Source: Candidatus Eiseniibacteriota bacterium (GTDB taxonomy: Bacteria; Eisenbacteria; RBG-16-71-46; SZUA-252). Taken from it: a DNA stretch of 64,000 nucleotides. The stretch spans positions 335,878 through 399,877 of the forward strand of contig CAVUEC010000013.1 of assembly GCA_963740415.1 (NCBI GenBank). Direction: 5' to 3'. The notes below the pieces were generated by a model. That model was not told where the DNA came from. It was given only the letters and a program-made list of their open reading frames with translations, and did no database searches. The translations under genes and the position numbers were made by a program. Shown here one piece after another: positions 20,420 to 30,163 of the stretch. Each line of letters opens with the position of its first letter. Positions within the stretch are counted from its first letter, which is position 1.

Positions 20420-22835
20420 ATGGGGGGGCCGGCGAGGCACGCCGGCCCCCGTTTCATTCGACTCCTCGCGGTCGCGCTCTGGATTGGGATCGCGGCGACG
20501 CCGGCGCGCGCCTACAACTGGATCCCGCCGCGCGCGATCACCGCGGAGCTCCCCAGCGCCACGCTGGCGCCCAGTTCGACGCACGTGCTGCAGATGGTGG
20601 TGCGCTCCAACCAAACCCACGTGGACCTGTCGTGGACCGCTTCCTTTGCCGGAGAGTACCCGGTGGTCCTGTCCCCCACTTCGGGGATGCTGTCCATCGA
20701 GGCGGGCAACATCGGAACCGTGAATTTCACCGTGACCCTCTCCGACACGGCCCATGGGACGGGGTTCCTCTCCGTCGATCTCCGGTACCAGGCAACAGGC
20801 GGCCGGGCCTCGAAGGTGGCGAGCAACATCGTGGCGGCGATTCTCGGCATGCCGGAAGTAAAGCCGGTGCCCAATTCGCTGCTGGCGCCCGCCGGAACCG
20901 CGACGTCCATGAGCTACCAGGTTCACAGCACGATCGGGGTCGCTGAGGCCGTGGATCTCGTGGCGACACAGACGAATCCGGACCCGAACAACCTCAACGC
21001 GCTTTTCGCCATCGGCGCGCCGCCGGCCTCCGTGAACCTGCCGGCAGGGGGAACGGTCACCGTTTCCGTGCCGACCACGCTGTCCGCGAACGCGTACGCG
21101 GGGAATCTGAACGGGATCATCCTCAACGTGGTGAGTGACGCCGGGCTTTCGGTGGCGACCGGGAACGCAATCGTTTCCGCCACTTCGGGCTCGCTCCCCA
21201 CCGCACTGGTTCCCGTAGGGCTCACCGCCCTCGACGAGACTGCGGCGGACCGGGACGGCTCGGTGGCATTGCCCGCGCGCGGATATCGCCTGTTCACGAC
21301 CGGGATCGGCGGAGTCCGCGTCATGCGGGACGTCTCCACCGACTCGATCGGGCCCATCGACGCGGACGCAGATGGCGTGGATGACCGCGTTCTCGGCACG
21401 ATCCGTATCCCTGCGTACGCCGCAGCACTCGCGGTGATCCAGGGATTTGTGTCGGCTGCCGGCGAAACGCTGGACGTGGGCCTCGTCGCCGCCGGTAGGG
21501 GCGGACTCATGCTCGTCGATCTCCGAACGGTCGAGGATCCCACCTTCGGCACGTGGGAAGACTTCTTCGACGTCGACATGAACGGGATCGACGATCGCAT
21601 CCTGCGCATCATCCCGCTCTCGGGCTTCGCGACCGACGTCGCGTGGTTCCGGACGCCGTCGGGCCGGACCGTGGCACTGGTGGCCGACGCGGACAGCGGC
21701 TCGGTGCCCGTCTCCGCGACCTACAATCCGGCGCTCGTCACAGCGGGGACCGGGCAGGGAGTGGTCGCAATCGACGTCGGCGCCGCCCTCGACTTCATTG
21801 GCAATCCGCCATTCGCCGCCGGCACTTTGTCCACGCCGGGGAGCGCGCTGGATCTGGAATTGCGCGGAGGGAGTTCGCCTGACCTCGCGATCGCCGACGG
21901 TGCATCGGGGGTCTCCGTGTACGGTTTGACCGCGTCGGGCGGGATCCCCGCGACGGTGACGTTCACGCCGCGCGGGTCGGTGTCACTGTCGAACGCCTGG
22001 GGGACTCCGTACGCGCGCGATCTCGCGTGGGTCTCGAACACCAAGGACAGCAGCTACGTCGCGGTGGCCGCGTCGGCCGGCGGGATGCAGCTCGTGCGCG
22101 TTCCACCCGCTGGCGGTGGCGCGCCCAGCCTTGTCTTGGCGCAGCAGACTCTAGCGCCCGCGATCGGCATCGCGGGCGCATGGACCGGCACGCTCGCGCG
22201 TGGCGCAGGGCACCGGGGGCGTCGGCCTATTCGCAGCTCCCGGAGCGGGGTTCCTCGACCGGATCGCGCCCGCGGCCGCGGCGCCCTACACGGCGCCGGT
22301 GACGCTGGCTCGCGGCGCGCCCTGGGCCGCGACGGGGGCGGCCCTTGAAGTCGCGTCTCATCAAACGCCGTCCGGTATCGCGACAGCGCTGGTGTTTCAC
22401 CAGACGACGGGCCCGATTCCCGAGCTTCTCGTGAGCGACGGTGCTCGTCTTCTCGTGCTCCGACCCGGCACCGCGCCGATCACCGCCGTCGACATCGAGC
22501 CCAAGAGCCCGCCGGCTCGCCGCCTGTCCCTATCGGTCGCGCCCAATCCGGTCGAGCGGAACGCGTTGTTCGAGGTGCGGTCGGAGGCTAGCGGTCCGGG
22601 TGTGGGTGGGGCGGGATCCGCCGCGCCGCTGGCACGCATACGAATCGAGATCTTCGACGTGCACGGCCGGCTCATACGGCGGCTCAGCGTGGCGGGGACG
22701 GAGATCGGCGTGCGCGCCGCGTGGGACGGGATGGACGGGTCGCGGCGCCCGGTCAGCTCCGGGCGCTACTGGGCACGAGTCACCGGGCCCCCGGGAGGGG
22801 AAACGGCTATCGTGCGATTCGTCGTCCTGCGCTAG
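20420..22835 (+). CDS. secreted ~800-aa protein with LVIVD-like beta-propeller repeats and a C-terminal FlgD-Ig/T9SS-like sorting domain; one frame change near 22200
   Basis: Signal peptide MGGPARHAGPRFIRLLAVALWIGIAATPARA; repeats GGLMLVDL / GVVAIDVG / GVSVYGL / GMQLVRV; C-terminus in ORF 22200..22835 ...IRIEIFDVHGRLIRRLSV...AAWDGMDGSRRPVSSGRYWARV...IVRFVVLR. Confidence 0.6.
20423..20458 (+). terminator. GC-rich hairpin plus T-rich tail after metzincin copy 2, overlapping the start codon region of the next gene
   Basis: ATGGGGGGGGCCGGCGaggcaCGCCGGCCCCCGTTTCATTC; same design as the hairpin after copy 1. Confidence 0.45.
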
Positions 22836-22873
22836 CGGGCCGCGCCAGCAGGCGCGAACCGCGCCCCCGCCGG

Positions 22874-25097
22874 CTACCTCGCCGCGCGCATCGCCGCGGT
22901 GACGTGCGTCCAGGAGCCCCGGTCGTTGTAAGTCACGCCGTACTTCTCGCCCATGTACGCCTGGAACTGGGCCGTCGTGACCTTCTTCCAATCCCCGAAC
23001 GCCTCCGGATGCTCGGACAACAGCCAGTTGATGTCCTGCGTCATCTCGAGCCCCGCCGCGCCGTTCACGATATAGGTTGGAACGTCCGCGCAGTTTTTGC
23101 GCCAGAGATCGAGCTGGATCTTGAGCTTGTCGTAGATCGCGCGTCCGAGCGTCTTGTCGCCGTGTCCCAGCCTGGCCAGGTCGCCTGATTCCGCGGCCTT
23201 CACGGCCTCAACCAGCTTGTCGCCCACGATGCCGTAGGTCATCAGAAGCCCGCTGAAATCCGGATAGGCGTTGTAAAGCGGCTCGTATTTCCCGCCCGGC
23301 GTGCGCCCGATCAAGAGCCACTGCATCGCCTCGTCCGCGGAGACGTGCTTCACGCAGAAGTCGAGGTTGGGATTCCGCTCGAGGAACACGTTCGCCTCGA
23401 TCGGCCTGGACGTGCGGTCGTAGAGGAGATGGCCCCACGTGGGGTCGTAGAAGATCCGCTCGGGGAAGTAGTCGTGGGTGATACGGCCGAGCTGGTCGAT
23501 CGAGCGCGCTCCGCCGAAGTCCGCGGTCACGTTCTCCAAGATCGGCGTGTTCTCGGCGAGCACGAACTTGAGCCCGGGGAAGCCGCCGGTGCGCGCGTAC
23601 AGGCAACGCTCGGTGGACCAGAACACCCAGCCGCGCTTCTCGTCGCGCAGATATCTCGATCCAGTCCTCCTGGCAGAGAATGCCGACGTGGGGGAAGATG
23701 CGGTCGAGCTCGGACTCAAGCTCTCCGCCCGAGAGACCCTCCCGCTCGAGATCCGAACGATAGCGGCGCTTCAATTCGTCGCGACGATAACGCTCGTTCT
23801 TCTCCGCCCAGAACGCGCCGGCCGTCGTCTTGCCCGTGCCGGTGGGTCCGGTGAACGTGGTCGCGGTGCCCTTGCGATTCAGCACGGCGGCTCCCGCGTG
23901 CGCGGAGATGATGTCGACCTGGGACAGAATTGCCATGAGCGGCGAGAGGACGCCGCGGCTCTTCACCTCGCCGTGGTAGTCCGTGTTCACCGTGAGAATC
24001 GTGACCGTGTCGCCCAATTCCTTGAGCGGCGCGAAGTAGACGAAATTCGACGTGACGACGCCGTTCGAATCCGGATCCCAGAGGCGCGAGTCTTTGAGCT
24101 TCTTGGGGAGGCCCAGCTTCTCGGCCGAAACGCGGGCGCGCTTCAATTTCAGGAGGAACGAACGGTACTCCGCCTCGCTCCGCGGCACGCCCATCAGGGA
24201 GAGGATGGTGACGTGGGGCGCGCGCTTTCCGCCGCGGGCCTTGAATCGCTCGTCGATCGCCTTCGCGATGACGCGCATCTCCGCGTCGTCGGGCGGGAAG
24301 AAGTTCGTCTGTGAGGTCTTCTTTAGATACGGGACGTTCCCCTTCTGCGTGTACTGGACGCCGGCGCAGCAGAAGTGGGAGATCAACGTCTTCCGCTTCT
24401 CCACGGCCTCCAGCGCGCGCAGCCAGCCCTGCGCCTCCTTCACGTCCGCGCGGTGCTCGTCGTAGATCGTTCGCGTGACCAGGCGCTTCGCGCGGCCCGT
24501 GATGACCGTGTTGAACGAATTGAGGACCGGGCCCACCGTGGGGTCCTTCTCCTTCGGATCCCGGCGGAGCAGGATGTCGCCGCGGTCGTTCACGCCCAGC
24601 TCGCTGATGCCCGTGTCGAACTTGAGATAAAGCCCGTGGTCGTAGACCAGCTCGCCCAAGGGCAGCCTGAGGCCGTCAAAGTTCTTGGGATTCTCGCGGG
24701 AGCGGTGGATGACGTCGAACGGCGCGATCCATCGTTCCTGTTCGGTGATCCCGTCCGGTCCGAGCACGCGGAACCGGCGCCCGACGTTGTAGAGCGGAAT
24801 CCCGGCGGTACGAAATTCGGACAGGGCCAGAGCGTCTTCGCGGACAAAGACGACCTCCCCGGAGCGATCCCGGATCACGCGCTTCGATCCCTTTCGATCG
24901 CGCGCATTCAGAAACGGCTCCAGGTTGACGGTCGGATAGGGATGCTTGGTCACTTCGGCTCCTCGCGGTTCCTTCGTGGACGGTTTCGACGGCGCGTGGG
25001 ATATCGACCCGGCAGGAGCCTCCAACATGGCAGCGCCCCCCGGGCTGGCCAGCTTCTTCACTTCTCCCTCCCTCGGATTCTCCGGATTCTTGGTCAC
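22874..25097 (-). CDS. uncharacterised ~740-aa P-loop protein (Walker A GPTGTGKTT), one frame change near 23690; immediately downstream of nadE
   Basis: ORF 23208..25097 (...FTGPTGTGKTTAGAFWAEKNE...GILCQEDWIEI) continues in ORF 22874..23719 (RYLRDEKRGWVFWSTERCLYARTGGFPGLKFV...). PEPCK/HprK-like kinase fold suspected but not established. Confidence 0.45.
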
Positions 25098-25098
25098 G

Positions 25099-26877
25099 TC
25101 AGTCCCGCCATGGTTGGTGGCGGTTCGTGATGGGTAGACGGCGGTCCTTGCCTAGCGCCCGCGGCGTGATCCGGATGCCCGGCGGCGCCTGGCGGCGCTT
25201 GTATTCGGCCCGGTCGACCATTCGGATGACGCGCTGTACGAGGGCGCGATCGTATCCCATCGCGACGATTCGCTCCACCTCCCAGTCCTCCTCCACGTAC
25301 GCCTTGAGAATGGGATCGAGCACGTCGTACGGGGGGAGCGTGTCCGTATCCTTTTGGCCTGGGCGAAGTTCCGCCGTCGGCTCCCTCTCGATCGTCCGTC
25401 CCGGGATCCACGGCCGGGCGCTCGGGGCCCCGTTCCGGAAGCGAGCGACCTCGTAGACGAGGGTCTTCGGGACGTCCTTAAGGACCGCGAAACCGCCGGC
25501 CATGTCCCCGTACAAGGTGGTGTAACCCACCGAGTACTCGCTCTTGTTCCCGGTGGTGAGCACCAGCCATCCAAACTTGTTCGAAAGCGCCATGAGCAGG
25601 TTGCCCCGGACGCGCGACTGGATATTCTCCTCGGTCACGTCCTCCGGCTTGCCCGCGAACGCGTGCGCCAGCGTCTTCTTGTACGCGGCCACCTCGTCCT
25701 GGATCGGAAGGGTGATGTACTCGATCCCGAGATTCGCGGCGAGGCCCGAGGCGTCCTCCTCGCTGAGCGCCGAGGTAAACGGCGACGGCATGAAGACGCC
25801 CGTCACCGACGACGGACCCAGCGCGTCCACGGCGACCGAGGCGGTGAGCGCCGAGTCGATGCCGCCGCTCACGCCGAGCACGACGTGGTTGAACTCGTTC
25901 TTCCGGACGTAGTCGCGCGTGCCAAGGACCAGCGCCTCGTAGACCTCGCGCGGGCCGGCCGGCGTCTCGATGGGGCGAGGCTTCAGCGTCGGACGCGAAG
26001 GCTCCGGCACGGGCCGAAGCTCCACCACCGGGAACGCCGCTCCCGGTTCTTCACGCTGCGACATCTCGCGGCTGCGCGGATCTCTGAGCCTGGCGCTGAA
26101 GACGTCGTCGAGATCGATGTCGATAACCACAAGATCCTCTTCGAAGGCCTTGGCGCGCGCGAGGCATTCCCCTCGGGGGCCGAACACGCGGCTGTTTCCG
26201 TCGAAGACCAGCTCATCCTGGCCGCCCACCGTGTTGACGAACGCGACAAGCGAAACCCCGTCCATGGCGCGCGTCGCCAGCATCCGGTCGCGCGCGACGC
26301 TCTTGCCCATGTGGAACGGCGAAGAGGACAGGTTGATCACGAGCTCCGCGTCGCCGTACATCGCGAGCTGGGTTGGATTGGACGGGAGCCAGATGTCCTC
26401 GCAGATGTTCACCCCGAACGTGAGCGGGCCCCGCTTGCAGACGAAGGGATTGCGTCCGGGCCGGAAATATCGCAATTCGTCGAAGACCGCGTAGTTGGGC
26501 AGATGGCTCTTGTGATAGACGCCGGCGATCTCGCCGTCGTGCGCGATCGCCGCCGCGTTGTAGACGTCCTCCGCCCGCTGGGCGAAGCCGATGATCGCGG
26601 TGATGCCCTTTGTCGCCCGCGTCACCTCTTCGAGCGCCTCCTGATTCTGATCGAGGAACTCGGGGCGAAGCAGCAGGTCCTCCGGCGGGTAGCCGGTCAG
26701 GACCAGCTCCGGAAAGGCGACCACCTCCGCGCCCATGTCCCTTGCCCGGCCCATGAATTCAATGACCCGCTTGGCGTTCCCCGGAAGGTCGCCTACCGTT
26801 GGGTTGACTTGGGCTAGAGCGATTCGAACAACGCGGGACGAGCCGCCGCGGGGACGCGGCGCTTTGGTGGGACTCAT
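25099..26877 (-). CDS. nadE: glutamine-dependent NAD+ synthetase (N-terminal nitrilase/CN-hydrolase domain + NAD synthase domain)
   Basis: RIALAQVNPTVGDL...FPEL (CN hydrolase); VLGVSGGIDSALTASVA (PP-loop SGGxDS); 592 aa, no frame breaks. Confidence 0.9.
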   Translation of the reverse strand: MSPTKAPRPRGGSSRVVRIALAQVNPTVGDLPGNAKRVIEFMGRARDMGAEVVAFPELVLTGYPPEDLLLRPEFLDQNQEALEEVTRATKGITAIIGFAQRAEDVYNAAAIAHDGEIAGVYHKSHLPNYAVFDELRYFRPGRNPFVCKRGPLTFGVNICEDIWLPSNPTQLAMYGDAELVINLSSSPFHMGKSVARDRMLATRAMDGVSLVAFVNTVGGQDELVFDGNSRVFGPRGECLARAKAFEEDLVVIDIDLDDVFSARLRDPRSREMSQREEPGAAFPVVELRPVPEPSRPTLKPRPIETPAGPREVYEALVLGTRDYVRKNEFNHVVLGVSGGIDSALTASVAVDALGPSSVTGVFMPSPFTSALSEEDASGLAANLGIEYITLPIQDEVAAYKKTLAHAFAGKPEDVTEENIQSRVRGNLLMALSNKFGWLVLTTGNKSEYSVGYTTLYGDMAGGFAVLKDVPKTLVYEVARFRNGAPSARPWIPGRTIEREPTAELRPGQKDTDTLPPYDVLDPILKAYVEEDWEVERIVAMGYDRALVQRVIRMVDRAEYKRRQAPPGIRITPRALGKDRRLPITNRHQPWRD

Positions 26878-26948
26878 GGCCCCATGCTAGCACGGTGATG
26901 CCCCCCTCGCCACCGCCCGGGGACCAAGCCAGGGAGCCTCTACTTAGG

Positions 26949-26954
26949 TATAAT
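26949..26954 (+). promoter_or_regulatory. -10 element TATAAT 7 nt upstream of the LOG start codon (candidate leaderless transcript)
   Basis: cttaggTATAATtgacgcgATG; no SD sequence between them; -35 weak. Confidence 0.3.
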
Positions 26955-26961
26955 TGACGCG

Positions 26962-27501
26962 ATGACAACCAATTCCGTGGCGGTCTTCGGCAGCAGCCAG
27001 GCGTCGAGCGATTCCACCCACTACCGGCTCGCCGGCGATTTGGGCGCGGTCTTGGCCCGGCGCGGCGCCGAAGTGCGGTGCGGCGGCTATGGCGGGGTGA
27101 TGGAGGCGGTGGCGGCCGGCGCGAAGCGCGAGGGCGGCCAGGTTTTCGGCTGCACGCTGAAATGGTTCTCCGAGAGCCGAATCCCCAACCGCCATCTCGA
27201 TCAGGTTCACGAGGCCGCGAATCTCCACACCCGGATCGAGTGCCTGCTCCGCGGAGTTCGCGGCGCGGTGGTGCTTCCGGGCGGGGTCGGCACGATGAAC
27301 GAGCTGTTCTGGGTTTGGACGATGCTTCTTCTGGATCGCGAGGAAGGGCCGCAGGCCATCGCCCTCCTGGGCGAGCCCTGGTCGGAATTGATGAGCGTGC
27401 TCAGCCGAAGCTTCGAGTTCGACAGTCCGATCCGGTCCCTGGTGAGCCTGGCGGGGACTCCGGAAGAGGCGGCGGACATCGTGCTGGGTGCGAAGGCGTG
27501 A
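26962..27501 (+). CDS. LOG-family (TIGR00730) cytokinin riboside 5'-monophosphate phosphoribohydrolase-like protein
   Basis: VVLPGGVGTMNELFWVW (PGGxGTxxE LOG signature); 179 aa. Confidence 0.8.
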   Translation: MTTNSVAVFGSSQASSDSTHYRLAGDLGAVLARRGAEVRCGGYGGVMEAVAAGAKREGGQVFGCTLKWFSESRIPNRHLDQVHEAANLHTRIECLLRGVRGAVVLPGGVGTMNELFWVWTMLLLDREEGPQAIALLGEPWSELMSVLSRSFEFDSPIRSLVSLAGTPEEAADIVLGAKA

Positions 27502-28586
27502 GCGTGGCGCGCGTGCACCTTGATTCCCCGCGGTCCGATTTCGAATCCGCAGCCATTGCTGCCTTTCGAATCCAGGCGTCAGCAATCGCCGCATACGCCG
27601 AATACGTCCGCTACCTCGGAATCGACCCAAGGGGAATCAACGATTGGCGCGAGATTCCGCCCGTGCCGTCGTCGGCGTTCAAGTCGCATGATCTGAGCGC
27701 CGCGCCGGCAGGCAGCGAGGCCGCGATCTTCGAGACGAGCGGGACGACGATTTCGCGGCCTGGGCGCGTGCGGCTCGCCTCGACGGATCTCTACGAAGCT
27801 TCGCTCCTCGACAGCTTCGAATCGCATCTTCTTCCCGACGAGGCGCGGCTTCCGGCGATCGTATTTGGTCCAACCCGCGCGGAGGCTCCGCGTTCCTCGC
27901 TCTGGTTCATGGTCGATCGCATCGTCGACAAGCTCACGAGCGGCGGAAGCTGGATCGTCCGTGGGGGAGAGCCGCAGTGGGACGTGGCCGACCAAGTGCT
28001 TGCCCGCGCCGAGGCTGAAGGCACGCCCGTGCTCCTTCTCGGCACGACGCTCCTCTTCATGGCGTACTTCGACCGCCTCGCAGCGGCCAAACGAGGCTTC
28101 GCGCTTCCCCCGGGCTCGCGCGCCATGGACACCGGCGGCGCGAAGGGGCTGCGGACCGAATTCGCGCGCGCCGAAGTCGAAGCGGCGTTCGCCGCGCGTC
28201 TCGGCATTCCGCCCACTCACCTGGTCAACGAGTACGGTATGGCCGAGATGGGGAGCCAGTTCTACGATGACAATCTCGTCGCCGCGCACGAGAAGCGCGC
28301 GCCCTTTCCCGGGAAACAAATACCGCCCTGGGTGCGGACCCGCGTGCTTCATCCCGAAACCATGGAAGAGCAACCCGACGGAGAACGAGGCATCCTGGTT
28401 CACTACGACCTGGCGAATTTCGAGACGCCGCTTGCGATCCAGACCGAGGACATCGGAAGCCGCAGGGACGACCGCCTGATTCTCGAGGGCCGCCTCCTCG
28501 ACGCCGAGCCGCGCGGCTGCTCGCTCGCGTTCGAGCAATTCATCGGGCAGCACGACCGGGGCGACGCTCACGGGGCCCGACGATGA
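27498..28586 (+). CDS. acyl-protein synthetase, LuxE family
   Basis: GTG start overlaps the LOG stop (GTGA); IFETSGTTISRPGRVRL adenylation motif; LuxE-like length (~362 aa). Confidence 0.7.
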   Translation: MSVARVHLDSPRSDFESAAIAAFRIQASAIAAYAEYVRYLGIDPRGINDWREIPPVPSSAFKSHDLSAAPAGSEAAIFETSGTTISRPGRVRLASTDLYEASLLDSFESHLLPDEARLPAIVFGPTRAEAPRSSLWFMVDRIVDKLTSGGSWIVRGGEPQWDVADQVLARAEAEGTPVLLLGTTLLFMAYFDRLAAAKRGFALPPGSRAMDTGGAKGLRTEFARAEVEAAFAARLGIPPTHLVNEYGMAEMGSQFYDDNLVAAHEKRAPFPGKQIPPWVRTRVLHPETMEEQPDGERGILVHYDLANFETPLAIQTEDIGSRRDDRLILEGRLLDAEPRGCSLAFEQFIGQHDRGDAHGARR

Positions 28587-30124
28587 CCTCCGCCTTCTAC
28601 CTGCCACTCGGCCTTGAAGAGGGACTCGAGACCACGATCCAGCGCTTCGGGCCGCCGCACGACGCGCTGGAGCTGCATCTTCCGGTGGTCGGCCCCGACG
28701 ATCTGCTTCGATGGATCGAATCGCTCCGCGCCGCGCGCGAGGAGCATCTGGCGCGGCGGCCCATCGCGAAGACGATCCAGTCTCTCGACCGGGTGAGCCG
28801 GCGATTCCTGGATCCGGGGGACTCGGCGCGCCGCGAGGCGGTGGAGTCTCTCGCCCGCGCGGGACGCTTCACGGCGCCGATGCTCGAACGAGCGCTCGAC
28901 GATGCATTCCAGCCCGTCCTGCGCGGTGGACTCACGAAGTGGATTCAATCCGAGATCGGCGCGGTCCAAGCGCTCGACCGGCCCACGCCCGGACCGGGTG
29001 GAATGACGCGCCGGGCGCACGGGCCCGAATGGATGCTGCAGATCTACGCGGGAAACATCCCGACGCTTCCCGTCTGGCCGATCTACTCCGCGTTGATCCT
29101 CAAGTCGGCGCTGCTGGCCAAAACGTCAGCCCAGGAGCCGCTATTGGCTCCGCTTCTCGCGAAGACGATCGCCGAAGTCGACGAGACGCTGGGCGCGTGC
29201 CTGGCGGTTGTCTGGTGGAAGGGGGGAACGAGCGATCTCGATCGAACCGCGCTCTCGCTTGCCCCCGCGGTGCTCGCGTTCGGAGGCGAGGAAGCGATGG
29301 CGAGCATCGGCCGGCAGTCACCGCGCGACGCCGTCCGCGTGCTGCACGGTCCCAAGGTGAGCATCGGCTACGTCGAGCGACGGGCCTTGAGCTACGCGGC
29401 GCTCCGAAGCCTTGCCACGCGAGCCGCCCTCGACGTCTCGATTTTCGATCAGCAGGGCTGCCTCTCACCGCACGCGTTCTACGTGGAGCGTAGGGGTGAG
29501 GTGTCGCCGGCGAAATTCGCGGAGGCGCTCGCGGCGGCGCTCGAGTCGCAGGCACATCTGCTGCCCCGCGGCGCCATCGCGGTGAAGGATGCGGCGAGCG
29601 TGCAGCTCTTCCGCGCGCAGGCCCGGTTTGAGGCGGCGGGATCCGTCGCCGGTGGATCGGCCGCCGGGTCGCACACCGGCGGGCCAGGCACTCAGGTCCT
29701 CGAATCGCCCCGCGCCACGGTGTGGACCGTGGTGCTGGAGGCCGGCGCGAACTTTGAGCCCGGCCCCTCGCACCGAACGGTGCGGGTCCACGCGATCGAC
29801 GGATTCGACGAGCTCGCGCGCGGCCTTCGCGGCGCGGCCGGATTCATCGAGGCGGTGGGTCTCGAGGCTCGCGGCCCCGAGCGCGCGCGCCTCGCGGCGG
29901 CGTTCAGCGCTCTGGGAATTCCGCGCGTCGCGCCGATCGGCGGCCTGCAACGACCGTCGCCGCTCGGGACGCACGGCGGCGTGCGCCGGCTGCTTCCGTT
30001 CGTGACGTGGACGACCGTGGAGGAAAGTCGTGGGGCCGGGCCTAAGTCGCCAGCCCCCAAGTCGTCGACTTCCAAACCATCGCCACGAGGATCGCGTCGA
30101 AGCGCGCCAAAACGAAGTGGCTGA
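28583..30124 (+). CDS. acyl-CoA reductase, LuxC family (fatty aldehyde-forming); extreme C-terminus possibly overrun (no early stop)
   Basis: ATGA overlap with the LuxE-like gene; catalytic-Cys context IFDQQGCLSPHAFYVE; ALDH-like fold length. Confidence 0.7.
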   Translation: MTSAFYLPLGLEEGLETTIQRFGPPHDALELHLPVVGPDDLLRWIESLRAAREEHLARRPIAKTIQSLDRVSRRFLDPGDSARREAVESLARAGRFTAPMLERALDDAFQPVLRGGLTKWIQSEIGAVQALDRPTPGPGGMTRRAHGPEWMLQIYAGNIPTLPVWPIYSALILKSALLAKTSAQEPLLAPLLAKTIAEVDETLGACLAVVWWKGGTSDLDRTALSLAPAVLAFGGEEAMASIGRQSPRDAVRVLHGPKVSIGYVERRALSYAALRSLATRAALDVSIFDQQGCLSPHAFYVERRGEVSPAKFAEALAAALESQAHLLPRGAIAVKDAASVQLFRAQARFEAAGSVAGGSAAGSHTGGPGTQVLESPRATVWTVVLEAGANFEPGPSHRTVRVHAIDGFDELARGLRGAAGFIEAVGLEARGPERARLAAAFSALGIPRVAPIGGLQRPSPLGTHGGVRRLLPFVTWTTVEESRGAGPKSPAPKSSTSKPSPRGSRRSAPKRSG

Positions 30125-30163
30125 CCGCACCCCCGAGATGAAAGACCCGGAGCCGCGGGAAGA

